This document shows, piece after piece, positions 20,571 to 28,192 of a DNA stretch of 48,925 nt (the stretch's first letter is position 1; every line of letters begins with the position of its first letter). This DNA comes from a virus (Duplodnaviria > Heunggongvirae > Uroviricota > Caudoviricetes), in IMG/VR virus record IMGVR_UViG_3300045988_151382, one strand, 5' to 3'. The notes under the pieces are model-generated. The model saw only the letters and a list, made by a program, of their open reading frames with translations. It was not told the origin of the DNA and ran no database searches. The translations under genes were made by a program, and so were the position numbers.

Positions 20571-21950
20571 CTACTTAATCAGCGGCCGGAAAGCCGCCAG
20601 CACATCATCAGATCGTCCGATTGTTGAACCACCAGGCAACGGCAACTCAAACTCAAAACGAACAGCTTTCTCCAGACTCGCCCAACTAAGGGAATCATCG
20701 TTAATGACGTGCAAATACCAGCTCTTACAGTTGAATATTGACCGCTTAATCCTGAAACCATGTACACGACACAACTGCTTCACTTCATCATCAGAGTGAA
20801 ACTTCTGGTAAAACCAGTGCCCCTTCCGGTACAACGCGGTAAAACCGTTATGATCAATAAAATAAAGCCGGCTTTTGGAACTCGCCGCTTGTGTTTGCTT
20901 CAGGACTGTTTCCAGCTCTCCACGGCTACGACCAGAAAAGAATATTGACCCACCAGCTTTACACAGGCCTTTCAGAACCGTCAGAACAGACCATTCAGCC
21001 TCGACACTATCGACCGAGTTCAAAACGCTATCGCAAATCACGTAGTCGTAACGCCCTCGCGTTTTTAAGTCGTCCACCAGCGTATCAATCATCCGGTTTG
21101 TTGCGGTCCTATCCAGAGTGTTTCCAGCGCCCTTACGGCGGAAAAGCTCGAGATCATGCAGGTTATATCCCTTTGCCCTGAGCATTCGCGCGTAGTCTCC
21201 CTGCCCCGAACCAAAATCAATTCCTCTTGGCGTCTTGGCAATGATCGGGAGGATCAACGACTCATACAGGTTTGATTTCAGGCTGCCACCATTACGCAAC
21301 CGCATAAGCTGCGCATACGTCTGGATGTATGTTGTTTTCTCCAGATGAGAATACTCAAATACACCATAAGTTTTATTCAGATAACTTTGGTATTTTTCCT
21401 TCTCAACATCAGGGATCACAAACACCGTTAGCGGTGTGCGCGTCATTTTCGCTGCTAATGCATACTGAGCACAGTGAATAACCTCACCAGACTGAGTAGC
21501 AACACAACCACCCCACGGACCATACTTGATAACCAGTTCCGCTATGTTCTTTCGAACATATGCCATTTTCGCGCGCATATTGCCTGAGATCTGGCTTGCC
21601 GATACCTGAACAAAACCATGCTTATCTTCCAGACCGGACACCCTGCAACGCTCATCTCCGCTATCAAAATCCGTTCCGTTATGCAGTTGGTTAAACCGTA
21701 CTTCGTCGTATACCGTCGTTTCACAGGGCAACACATACACCGCAGCACGCGTTATTCCCAACTTACGTAGCGCCTTCGTCCTTTGGTGTCCCGCCACCAG
21801 CAAATCGCCGCGCACTATCAATGGCTTCACAAGCCCCAGCTCCCTGACGCTTTCCGCCAGCCTCGCAAGATCATCCTCACCGATAAAACGCGGGTTATAT
21901 TCCGCGCCGCGTAGGTGCGTTATGTCGTAATTCAGGTGAAGCATCAGCAC
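20571..21950 (-). CDS. ParB-like N-terminal domain fused to class I SAM-dependent methyltransferase domain
   Basis: 459 aa; N-terminal KPLIVRGDLLVAGHQR (ParB-like); C-terminal IDFGSGQGDYARML (GxGxG SAM motif), later acidic and DSV motifs; no DPPY/NPPY motif seen. Confidence 0.6.
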   Translation of the reverse strand: MLMLHLNYDITHLRGAEYNPRFIGEDDLARLAESVRELGLVKPLIVRGDLLVAGHQRTKALRKLGITRAAVYVLPCETTVYDEVRFNQLHNGTDFDSGDERCRVSGLEDKHGFVQVSASQISGNMRAKMAYVRKNIAELVIKYGPWGGCVATQSGEVIHCAQYALAAKMTRTPLTVFVIPDVEKEKYQSYLNKTYGVFEYSHLEKTTYIQTYAQLMRLRNGGSLKSNLYESLILPIIAKTPRGIDFGSGQGDYARMLRAKGYNLHDLELFRRKGAGNTLDRTATNRMIDTLVDDLKTRGRYDYVICDSVLNSVDSVEAEWSVLTVLKGLCKAGGSIFFSGRSRGELETVLKQTQAASSKSRLYFIDHNGFTALYRKGHWFYQKFHSDDEVKQLCRVHGFRIKRSIFNCKSWYLHVINDDSLSWASLEKAVRFEFELPLPGGSTIGRSDDVLAAFRPLIK

Positions 21951-22567
21951 ACCTCCCCAGCCAGCAATGCGGATACAAATCCGATATAGCTGCCATTATC
22001 ATCAACATAACGAGACACCGCGCAGTCAAAACGATCCGCTTCCTCATCCGTTGCCGGGATTTTATGACCTCCAAATGACAGGTACTGAACTTTTACGCCT
22101 GATTTGGCCTCATCCTTCTCAAATGGGATATCCATACCCTCTGTGTCATCGTAGACCGCCGCACTCAATAAGTTATCCAGTTCGCGCTGAGTAAAACCAA
22201 TTGAGTCCAGAGCAAAATCATCGGCCGCAAGATCTGCAAGCTCCGCGCTTAACAACTCTTCATCCCAACCAGCATTCAGCGGAATACGGTTGTCGGCCAG
22301 ACGATATGCCTTCTTCTGATTCTCCGTTAGCCCAGCCAGAACAATGCAGGGAACATCATCCATCCCCAACTGAGTGGCCGCAGCAATTCGACCATGACCA
22401 GCAATTATAACGTTGTTCTCGTCTATCAGGATCGGATTAGTCCATCCGTACTCCTGTATGCTGGCAACAATCTGATCTACCTGCTCCACGGAGTGTGTGC
22501 GAGCGTTCTTTTCATAACCAATCAACACAGAAAGTGGTAAAGAAACCACATTAAGATGTTTTGTCAT
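21944..22567 (-). CDS. ParB-like nuclease domain protein
   Basis: 207 aa; motif NPILIDENNVIIAGHGRIAAA; clear paralog of 18687..19277. Confidence 0.7.
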   Translation of the reverse strand: MTKHLNVVSLPLSVLIGYEKNARTHSVEQVDQIVASIQEYGWTNPILIDENNVIIAGHGRIAAATQLGMDDVPCIVLAGLTENQKKAYRLADNRIPLNAGWDEELLSAELADLAADDFALDSIGFTQRELDNLLSAAVYDDTEGMDIPFEKDEAKSGVKVQYLSFGGHKIPATDEEADRFDCAVSRYVDDNGSYIGFVSALLAGEVC

Positions 22568-22689
22568 GCCGTTTATCCGCTAAAATCCCCTCGCTTGTGC
22601 AAGCAAGTGGGCCTCGGTTTGTATCCACGGCACCCTGTGGGTATGAATGACTGTCGTCAGGTCGCAACTGACGGCGGTCGCCCACCTTC

Positions 22690-22745
22690 CAGTAATAAAA
22701 AAGCCACCAGCATTAACTCCACAGCGAGCTGGAGTTAATGAGGCA
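22690..22745 (-). terminator. Stem-loop with downstream T-run on the minus strand (weak intrinsic terminator candidate)
   Basis: 11-bp perfect stem CATTAACTCCA/TGGAGTTAATG with 8-nt loop, then an 8-nt spacer before TTTTTTATT on the minus strand. Confidence 0.3.
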
Positions 22746-22801
22746 GCTTTGGTTTGCGCATTATCGCAGCCCCTGATTAGCACAAGAGCTGCTGTAATGC
22801 G

Positions 22802-23212
22802 TTACGCAGGGATCAAACAGATGTGGCCGTTATTTACCTCAATACGGGAATATTCCGGCTTACCATCCACGATTCCGGTAATGACAAGTTCGCCATCAGG
22901 CGACCATTCTTCTTTGTCGTCTTCAAGTACCGCGCCTTCTGGCAAATCAATACAGGCAAAAACAGGGCAGCCAGGATGACGTTTATCCTCCATCGCAATC
23001 AGCATCGACTCACCGAACCACTCTGTGGTAGCACGGCCATCAGCCGCCTGATAGTGAATCAGATACTGGTTTTCGCCATTTGCATACTGAGCACGGGCTT
23101 GAACTTCTCCCCACTCTTCACTGATACGCATTGTTACCAGTTGGGATAATTCAAACTTAAACGGAACAGACTCTGCACCAATGGCAATCGGTTTATCTTC
23201 TTTCTTTTCCAT
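22802..23212 (-). CDS. Hypothetical protein (start taken at internal Met with SD)
   Basis: ORF track 22802..23281; internal ATG at about 23212 preceded by AGGTGA; upstream part overlaps a terminator. Confidence 0.4.
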   Translation of the reverse strand: MEKKEDKPIAIGAESVPFKFELSQLVTMRISEEWGEVQARAQYANGENQYLIHYQAADGRATTEWFGESMLIAMEDKRHPGCPVFACIDLPEGAVLEDDKEEWSPDGELVITGIVDGKPEYSRIEVNNGHICLIPA

Positions 23213-23222
23213 AACATCACCT

Positions 23223-23253
23223 GAAAATAAAAAGCCCCGCGACACCGCGAGGC
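23223..23253 (-). terminator. Rho-independent terminator (minus strand)
   Basis: GC-rich stem GCCTCGCG/CGCGGGGC with 4-nt loop followed by TTTTTATTTT on the minus strand. Confidence 0.5.
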
Positions 23254-23261
23254 TGTAAGAG

Positions 23262-23414
23262 TTACTTTCGATATAAATCAAGGCGCATTTGCTCCCGCTT
23301 AAGCCGAAAAGCCCTCTGCGCCACTAAGATGCGCCACAGGACACCAGCGATAACCACCAGCGAGATACAAAAACACACGGCCACAACCATCAGAAAAATG
23401 CCAACACCATTCAT
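23262..23414 (-). CDS. Small membrane protein (about 50 aa), not in ORF track
   Basis: Hand translation MNGVGIFLMVVAVCFCISLVVIAGVLWRILVAQRAFRLKREQMRLDLYRK; ATG overlaps stop of upstream gene (ATGA). Confidence 0.35.
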   Translation of the reverse strand: MNGVGIFLMVVAVCFCISLVVIAGVLWRILVAQRAFRLKREQMRLDLYRK

Positions 23415-23623
23415 GAAACTATCCATTCTTCAATGAATATCTCCAGTAATGTCAAGAGATACGCCGTCCCCAGCGCGGTTCCTACCGATATAGCTAAGAC
23501 AAACCTCAAAGATAACGAGGTGTCTTTCGCTTTTCTCCAGACGTAAGCGCCAGCTAGAAATACCAACAAATCTCTTATTGGAAGCGGAAACCAGAACAAA
23601 TCACTCGGCATAAGCACGATCAT
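23411..23623 (-). CDS. Small membrane protein
   Basis: 70 aa ORF with two hydrophobic segments. Confidence 0.4.
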   Translation of the reverse strand: MIVLMPSDLFWFPLPIRDLLVFLAGAYVWRKAKDTSLSLRFVLAISVGTALGTAYLLTLLEIFIEEWIVS

Positions 23624-23900
23624 CTTCCGCTGCTGATTTACATGCCGCAGTTACTGATATATTGATAACCGGTGCGCTAATCGTGATGGACGACGCTGTC
23701 GGTTGACGCGATATAACTGAACGATGGCTATCAATGAAGTCCACAATCTCATTCAGGCACTCTTTAGCTGCCTCATCGTGACTTTTTCCGTATGCTTCAT
23801 GGAGGACTTTCATCCTCATCATTGCTCCGTCACATATAGTCGAAAGCGCGTAAAGCACATCACTAACCGCCATTTCTTTTTTGGTGCTTGTCGAAGGCAT
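23601..23900 (-). CDS. Hypothetical protein
   Basis: 99 aa ORF preceded by terminator and SD. Confidence 0.4.
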   Translation of the reverse strand: MPSTSTKKEMAVSDVLYALSTICDGAMMRMKVLHEAYGKSHDEAAKECLNEIVDFIDSHRSVISRQPTASSITISAPVINISVTAACKSAAEDDRAYAE

Positions 23901-23925
23901 CCCATGTTCTCCTTTGTCTGGATGT

Positions 23926-23951
23926 AAAAAAGCCCCGGCAATTGCCGAGGC
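23926..23951 (-). terminator. Rho-independent terminator (minus strand)
   Basis: Stem GCCTCGGC/GCCGGGGC with AATT loop followed by TTTTTT on the minus strand. Confidence 0.55.
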
Positions 23952-23974
23952 TCGTTGTTCGTTATCGTTACGGT

Positions 23975-24175
23975 TTAATGCTCGCGTCGTCCGGCGACAA
24001 CTTCGGATTTGTATTTCAGGTCGCCCAGCAAGAATTGCAGTTTAAGCATCTTTGCCGCCGTGTAGTTTCCTGATTCCACAACCTCTTTCATGAGGTCATA
24101 AACGGCCGCAACATCATCAGCCAGGAACTCTTTGCGTTGCTGCTCAGTCGCACGTTTGAAGGAAATACGCATCAC
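23975..24175 (-). CDS. Hypothetical protein
   Basis: 66 aa ORF overlapping upstream gene by 4 nt. Confidence 0.35.
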   Translation of the reverse strand: MMRISFKRATEQQRKEFLADDVAAVYDLMKEVVESGNYTAAKMLKLQFLLGDLKYKSEVVAGRREH

Positions 24176-24441
24176 TCATCATCTCCTGCCGCACATACAA
24201 CCTCACAAAAAACATCAGCGGAATGTTTCTTTTTGAATGAATGGCGCTCAAAACCGCACTCAATATCAGGCGCAAAAACATCCACCACATACGGTCTTTC
24301 AGAATGTTTGTTTTCCCAACGATAAACCGTAGTGACGTTGAAATGTTTTAACGCTTCACGGTACTCAACGCTGCCCGTCAGGTTTTTTGAGGTCAGGTAT
24401 TGCAGGAGGTTTTTTACTACTTCACGGTCTTGTACTTTCAT
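24172..24441 (-). CDS. Hypothetical protein, first gene after promoter cassette copy 1
   Basis: 89 aa ORF; ATG preceded by GGAG within conserved leader. Confidence 0.45.
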   Translation of the reverse strand: MKVQDREVVKNLLQYLTSKNLTGSVEYREALKHFNVTTVYRWENKHSERPYVVDVFAPDIECGFERHSFKKKHSADVFCEVVCAAGDDE

Positions 24442-24553
24442 CGGGTTATCTCCGGTTTAACCAGGGCGGGTATCGCTCGGTTTCGGGTATAACCATAGGA
24501 AATTTTTTCCCACCTGTAAAGCACTTTTTATATAAATATATAATTATATAATT
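24442..24553 (-). promoter_or_regulatory. Conserved promoter-plus-leader cassette, copy 1
   Basis: In gene orientation: AT-rich motif, TTTACA, 17-nt spacer, TATGGT, then a conserved ~50-nt leader ending GGAGATAACCCGATG; near-identical copies at 32944..33060 and 41984..42096. Confidence 0.55.
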
Positions 24554-25141
24554 CTATGCCACTTGCCAGAGAGCATCATGCAACTGGATACCTCCATTGC
24601 ACTGGTTGCCCCAGCCATGCCAACCATCAGGTAAATCACCGCGAGCAAACAGCTCAATACGAGGAACATCACCTAACAGCCTTACCAGCTTGTCACGAAC
24701 CACATCAGGCTTCCGAGAATGCTCCAGACGAGGCGATGTAAACGACTGAATGATCCCCGCATCAAGGCGGGTCGGCAATTTGCCTTTTACCGCAAACAAG
24801 CAATCTTCACTGTTTGCACGAGTCATATGCCCCATCCCCATCACCAGCTTATCTGGTTGTCGGCTACCACATTTGTTCCATGTGAAGCCCTTCATGGTCA
24901 TAAGCCTGAATCCCCATGCTTTCACCACCAGCAACGCTTCTTCTGGCTGAGTCGGAACCCACCACATGGCCAACAAACACGATTCAGGATTAGCAAGCTG
25001 CCAGACAGGAATACGAGCAATATCCTCAGCTTTCATCGTTGGATACTTAAAACCAGCTCCACGATTCCCATCCTTACACTTATCTTTGTATTCCCAGGGG
25101 GGATCTGCATAAATCAGATTAAACAATGCAATTGCCTCCAT
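24554..25141 (-). CDS. MT-A70 family DNA N6-adenine methyltransferase
   Basis: 195 aa; N-terminal YADPPWEY motif (DPPW catalytic motif of the MT-A70 family). Confidence 0.7.
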   Translation of the reverse strand: MEAIALFNLIYADPPWEYKDKCKDGNRGAGFKYPTMKAEDIARIPVWQLANPESCLLAMWWVPTQPEEALLVVKAWGFRLMTMKGFTWNKCGSRQPDKLVMGMGHMTRANSEDCLFAVKGKLPTRLDAGIIQSFTSPRLEHSRKPDVVRDKLVRLLGDVPRIELFARGDLPDGWHGWGNQCNGGIQLHDALWQVA

Positions 25142-25449
25142 GTTAGTTGTGCCTCCGGCGCTGATCTCCGGCAGTCATAACGCTGGCCAGCTCTACAGCA
25201 GACACAACGAAAAGGGCACTAACCAGACTGATTAATGCCCTTGCCTGTTGTGTGCCGGATATCGCCCGACAACGCTGTTTTGGTAACACGGCTACAGTTC
25301 CGTGCCGCTCCAGCTTTTACCCCTTTGCGGATAACAGGCCCTGCCTGTAACTTAGCCCCACGTTCGCCCGAAATGCGCACCAGGCACGCATAAAGATGAG
25401 CACGAAGGAAGTAACTCCACCGCGCTTATCTTTATGTGTGAGAGTGAAT

Positions 25450-25525
25450 TGGTGGCCCCTACCGGATTTGAACCGATGACCGTGCGATTATGAGTCGCCT
25501 GCTCTAACCACTGAGCTAAGGGGCC
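25450..25525 (-). tRNA. tRNA with CAU anticodon (Met or Ile2/lysidine type), CCA encoded
   Basis: Minus-strand sequence GGCCCCTTAGCTCAGTGGTTAGAGCAGGCGACTCATAATCGC...GGTTCAAATCC...AGGGGCCACCA; 7-bp acceptor stem, D-loop AGCTCAGTGGTTAGAGC, T-loop TTCAAAT. Confidence 0.8.
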
Positions 25526-25663
25526 ATATTTGATCTGTTTGTCTGGTGTGGCGCCGCGCACGAAAATCCCAGCCAATAAATTCAGGATTTTTGGGCGCGG
25601 CGGCATATCAGACAAACATGGTTGATGCGTGCGCCCATGAGAAAAGCGCATAGAATGTTGTAA

Positions 25664-25698
25664 CTATATATTTATATAATTATAGAAATATATATTAC
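25664..25698 (-). promoter_or_regulatory. AT-rich 17-bp-class motif upstream of the tRNA
   Basis: TATATATTTATATAATTATAGAAATATATAT; member of the dispersed ATTATAGATTTATATAA-like motif family. Confidence 0.4.
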
Positions 25699-25904
25699 TT
25701 TGGGCAGTTGATTTCCCATGCCCTGTTATGAGCCAGAATATCTTTCTTTGTCTGGCGGTCCATAACATTGATGTCGTGATCAGTCAGGTAGATGGGCTTT
25801 ACCCAATCACAGGCGGTATCAACCACCACCGGGACGCTTCCACGACTCCCGCAGCTCGCGATCAACATCGTCATCAGCCATATGGTTAACACTCTGCTGT
25901 ACAT
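25695..25904 (-). CDS. Outer-membrane spanin lipoprotein (Rz1-like)
   Basis: 69 aa; signal peptide ending in lipobox LIASC; overlaps the 3-prime end of the Rz-like gene. Confidence 0.6.
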   Translation of the reverse strand: MYSRVLTIWLMTMLIASCGSRGSVPVVVDTACDWVKPIYLTDHDINVMDRQTKKDILAHNRAWEINCPK

Positions 25905-26097
25905 TCCCCACCTCTTTTGTCACTTCTATACGCCGCTCCGCAGTGGCTTTTACAGCGGCTGCATTCTCATTAATGCGCTGCTTTTCAGCTTCATCTTCGG
26001 CCTTTTCTCGCCCCTTCATACGACCAAAACCAAACGCACCGAATGCAACCAATATAACGGTGCCGATAAATGACAAAACGGCTTTCAAACCAGTCAT
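25819..26097 (-). CDS. Inner-membrane spanin (Rz-like)
   Basis: 92 aa; N-terminal TM helix then charged coiled-coil region; directly downstream of endolysin. Confidence 0.6.
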   Translation of the reverse strand: MTGLKAVLSFIGTVILVAFGAFGFGRMKGREKAEDEAEKQRINENAAAVKATAERRIEVTKEVGNVQQSVNHMADDDVDRELRESWKRPGGG

Positions 26098-26636
26098 ACC
26101 ACCACTCGCTCTTTCATCCAGCCGTAGACAAACGACTCATTAGCCTCGCGCTTCTCCGCCAGCTCCAGATAGCGTTCGCCCTGCGTACAGTTCAGCGACG
26201 TCAGCATCACCCGTTCGCCGTCTTTTCCCCGATTCCCAAGATAAGCACGTAGCGCATTAATGGTACGTGGACCGATTCGTCCGTCTGCATCCAAATCGGG
26301 ATACAGCTTCCCGCGCAGGTTGAACACATTCAGCCAGCGTTGAAGCATTTTTGACGCCACTGTTGGCCCCATGTTCACCCCCGTGTCACACAGCTCTGCG
26401 GCAATATCAGAGGATAATGCGGCCACCTGATCAAAGCGTGGTCCGTACCAGTAATCAGCCTCAAGGATTTCCAGTGCCTGTTCGCGGGTTAAATCGCGCA
26501 TATCGCCACGGTATCCATGAGCACGGGCAGTGTTCTGAGTAATGCCCCACTTTGTTGGGCCTCCCTTGTCGTCAGGGTGATCCACATAGCCGCCCTCTTT
26601 TCCAAGAACGCTGTTAAAAATCTCATCTTTGGTCAT
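26094..26636 (-). CDS. Endolysin, GH108-like lysozyme with peptidoglycan-binding domain
   Basis: 180 aa; N-terminal LGKEGGYVDHPDDKGGPTKWGIT motif; lies between holin-like and spanin genes. Confidence 0.65.
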   Translation of the reverse strand: MTKDEIFNSVLGKEGGYVDHPDDKGGPTKWGITQNTARAHGYRGDMRDLTREQALEILEADYWYGPRFDQVAALSSDIAAELCDTGVNMGPTVASKMLQRWLNVFNLRGKLYPDLDADGRIGPRTINALRAYLGNRGKDGERVMLTSLNCTQGERYLELAEKREANESFVYGWMKERVVV

Positions 26637-26919
26637 GATTAAACCCTAATGCGTCAACTATCCGCGCCAGATTGCCCCTGAAATACAGAACAACGATGCA
26701 GATAATCAGATTTCCAATAACCACCAGCCAGTGGGATTCTTGATAAAGACCGAACACATAACGGAAGGGAACATTGGCGTATACAATGACGTAGATATAA
26801 GCCAGAAAGGAAACAAATGGACGATGCCTGGAGTCTTTCCGTCGATAAAGCATCAGCGCCATTACTATTACTGTGCAAAGCACCGCATTAATCAGTGCTG
26901 ACGGGTCACTGCTTACCAT
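26623..26919 (-). CDS. Small membrane protein of the lysis cassette (holin/antiholin candidate)
   Basis: ORF track 26623..26955; internal Met start; three hydrophobic segments. Confidence 0.4.
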   Translation of the reverse strand: MVSSDPSALINAVLCTVIVMALMLYRRKDSRHRPFVSFLAYIYVIVYANVPFRYVFGLYQESHWLVVIGNLIICIVVLYFRGNLARIVDALGFNHDQR

Positions 26920-27301
26920 TTGAACCCCCTCCACGTAAGCGGGAAAGCATTCCAAAGATGCTACCGAGATCCTGGCTGTTTACGAACGTGAGGATTTTAA
27001 TTGTCAATGCAGCCACAATAACCGCACCAAGTGCATCAAGAGGACGATCGTTGTAGCTGGTCCATTTGGCAAGAAATGAGCCAACTAACGGCGCTCCAAT
27101 CACTCCAACAATGAACGATGTAAAGAAATAGCCAATCAGCTTGAGACGGCTAATATTCACCGCTGTAGCAACATAGAAAACAGCGCCAGCAAATGCCCCG
27201 AATACAACGCCGTAATCAATACCAGTTGCAATACCAAAAACGCTGGCCCCCATCAGGCCACCAGCAGCAACGGCCGTACCGGAAATTGGTTCTGCTGACA
27301 T
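26906..27301 (-). CDS. Holin-like membrane protein
   Basis: 131 aa, glycine-rich multi-TM protein at head of lysis cassette, preceded by SD and terminator. Confidence 0.5.
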   Translation of the reverse strand: MSAEPISGTAVAAGGLMGASVFGIATGIDYGVVFGAFAGAVFYVATAVNISRLKLIGYFFTSFIVGVIGAPLVGSFLAKWTSYNDRPLDALGAVIVAALTIKILTFVNSQDLGSIFGMLSRLRGGGSNGKQ

Positions 27302-27314
27302 TGAAATCCTCGTT

Positions 27315-27345
27315 AAAAAAAAAGCCCCGCCGAAAAAGGCAGGGC
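27315..27345 (-). terminator. Rho-independent terminator immediately upstream of the lysis cassette (minus strand)
   Basis: 8-bp stem GCCCTGCC/GGCGGGGC followed by nine T on the minus strand, then SD GAGGA and holin ATG. Confidence 0.6.
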
Positions 27346-27491
27346 TTCATAAAGCAACAAATTACGCGGTAATCGCTTAACGCAGTTTTACTACGTTAAA
27401 TGAAACACTACACCCAGTTACCACCTAAAACAAGGTTTCTTCATAAAAAAACCTTCAAAATGTGGTTGATCGATCAATAAAAAAACAATAC

Positions 27492-27767
27492 TCACAGTAG
27501 TGCAGAAAAGAATAGCGGCTTAACTGCTTTCCTCACCTCACTAGCGTACATCCCCGCAGCTATCTCAGTTGTGAACAAACGCCCTCCAACTAGCCATGCA
27601 ACAGGTGCAGATGCCAGGGATGCCAGTGCAATTTCATCTGTAGCAAGCTCTCTTTCAAGATATTCACGAAATCCGGGGTTAATAGTTACCGTATCCAACA
27701 TTCTCTGGCGCGCTTCCTTACGTTCACGAATATGGGCAATCAATTGCTCTTTGGTAAAAGTAGCCAT
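27492..27767 (-). CDS. Small protein, member of 3-paralog family
   Basis: Starts MATFTKEQLIAHIRERKE at internal Met; paralogs at 27769..28182 and 28193..28456 share N-terminal motif and upstream leader. Confidence 0.45.
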   Translation of the reverse strand: MATFTKEQLIAHIRERKEARQRMLDTVTINPGFREYLERELATDEIALASLASAPVAWLVGGRLFTTEIAAGMYASEVRKAVKPLFFSALL

Positions 27768-27768
27768 A

Positions 27769-28182
27769 TCACTTCCCTTTCCCCTGAAGCATAGCGGCGC
27801 GGCAGGCGTTCCAGCCTGTAGCGTATGCAGCCGCTTTGCTGCTGCCTTCAACTGGCGCATCCTGCCAATACATTTCATCCGGCACTACCGGCGCTGGCAA
27901 GGCAGCGTGATAGTAGAGTGGCATAGTTTTGTACAGTGGTTCGCCAGGACTTCCGTCAACCTGATTCCATTCTTCAACCCAGGCATCAACAACCGCTTTG
28001 CTGGTTGATACATGTTCTTCTGAATCTACATTTTGTCCTGATATACAGAACATAACTGCCTCTGCTTCCAGCGATGCCAGAGCAATTTCATAAGCCCGAC
28101 GCTCAATATTGTCTCGGACGTCCAGGCTGCCTATGCGCTCTTTGATTTCTTTAATCAGTTCTTTGTCGGTAAAAGTAGTCAT
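27769..28182 (-). CDS. Small protein, member of 3-paralog family
   Basis: Starts MTTFTDKELIKEIKERIG. Confidence 0.45.
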   Translation of the reverse strand: MTTFTDKELIKEIKERIGSLDVRDNIERRAYEIALASLEAEAVMFCISGQNVDSEEHVSTSKAVVDAWVEEWNQVDGSPGEPLYKTMPLYYHAALPAPVVPDEMYWQDAPVEGSSKAAAYATGWNACRAAMLQGKGK

Positions 28183-28192
28183 GTGTTAGTCC

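Noticed and set aside
22580-22783. 67-aa minus-strand ORF between the ParB-like gene and 22802..23212
   Set aside because: Overlaps a stem-loop/terminator-like structure and lacks a start context; likely non-coding.
25352-25651. 99-aa minus-strand ORF in the track
   Set aside because: It completely overlaps the tRNA gene at 25450..25525 and has no SD; read as spurious.
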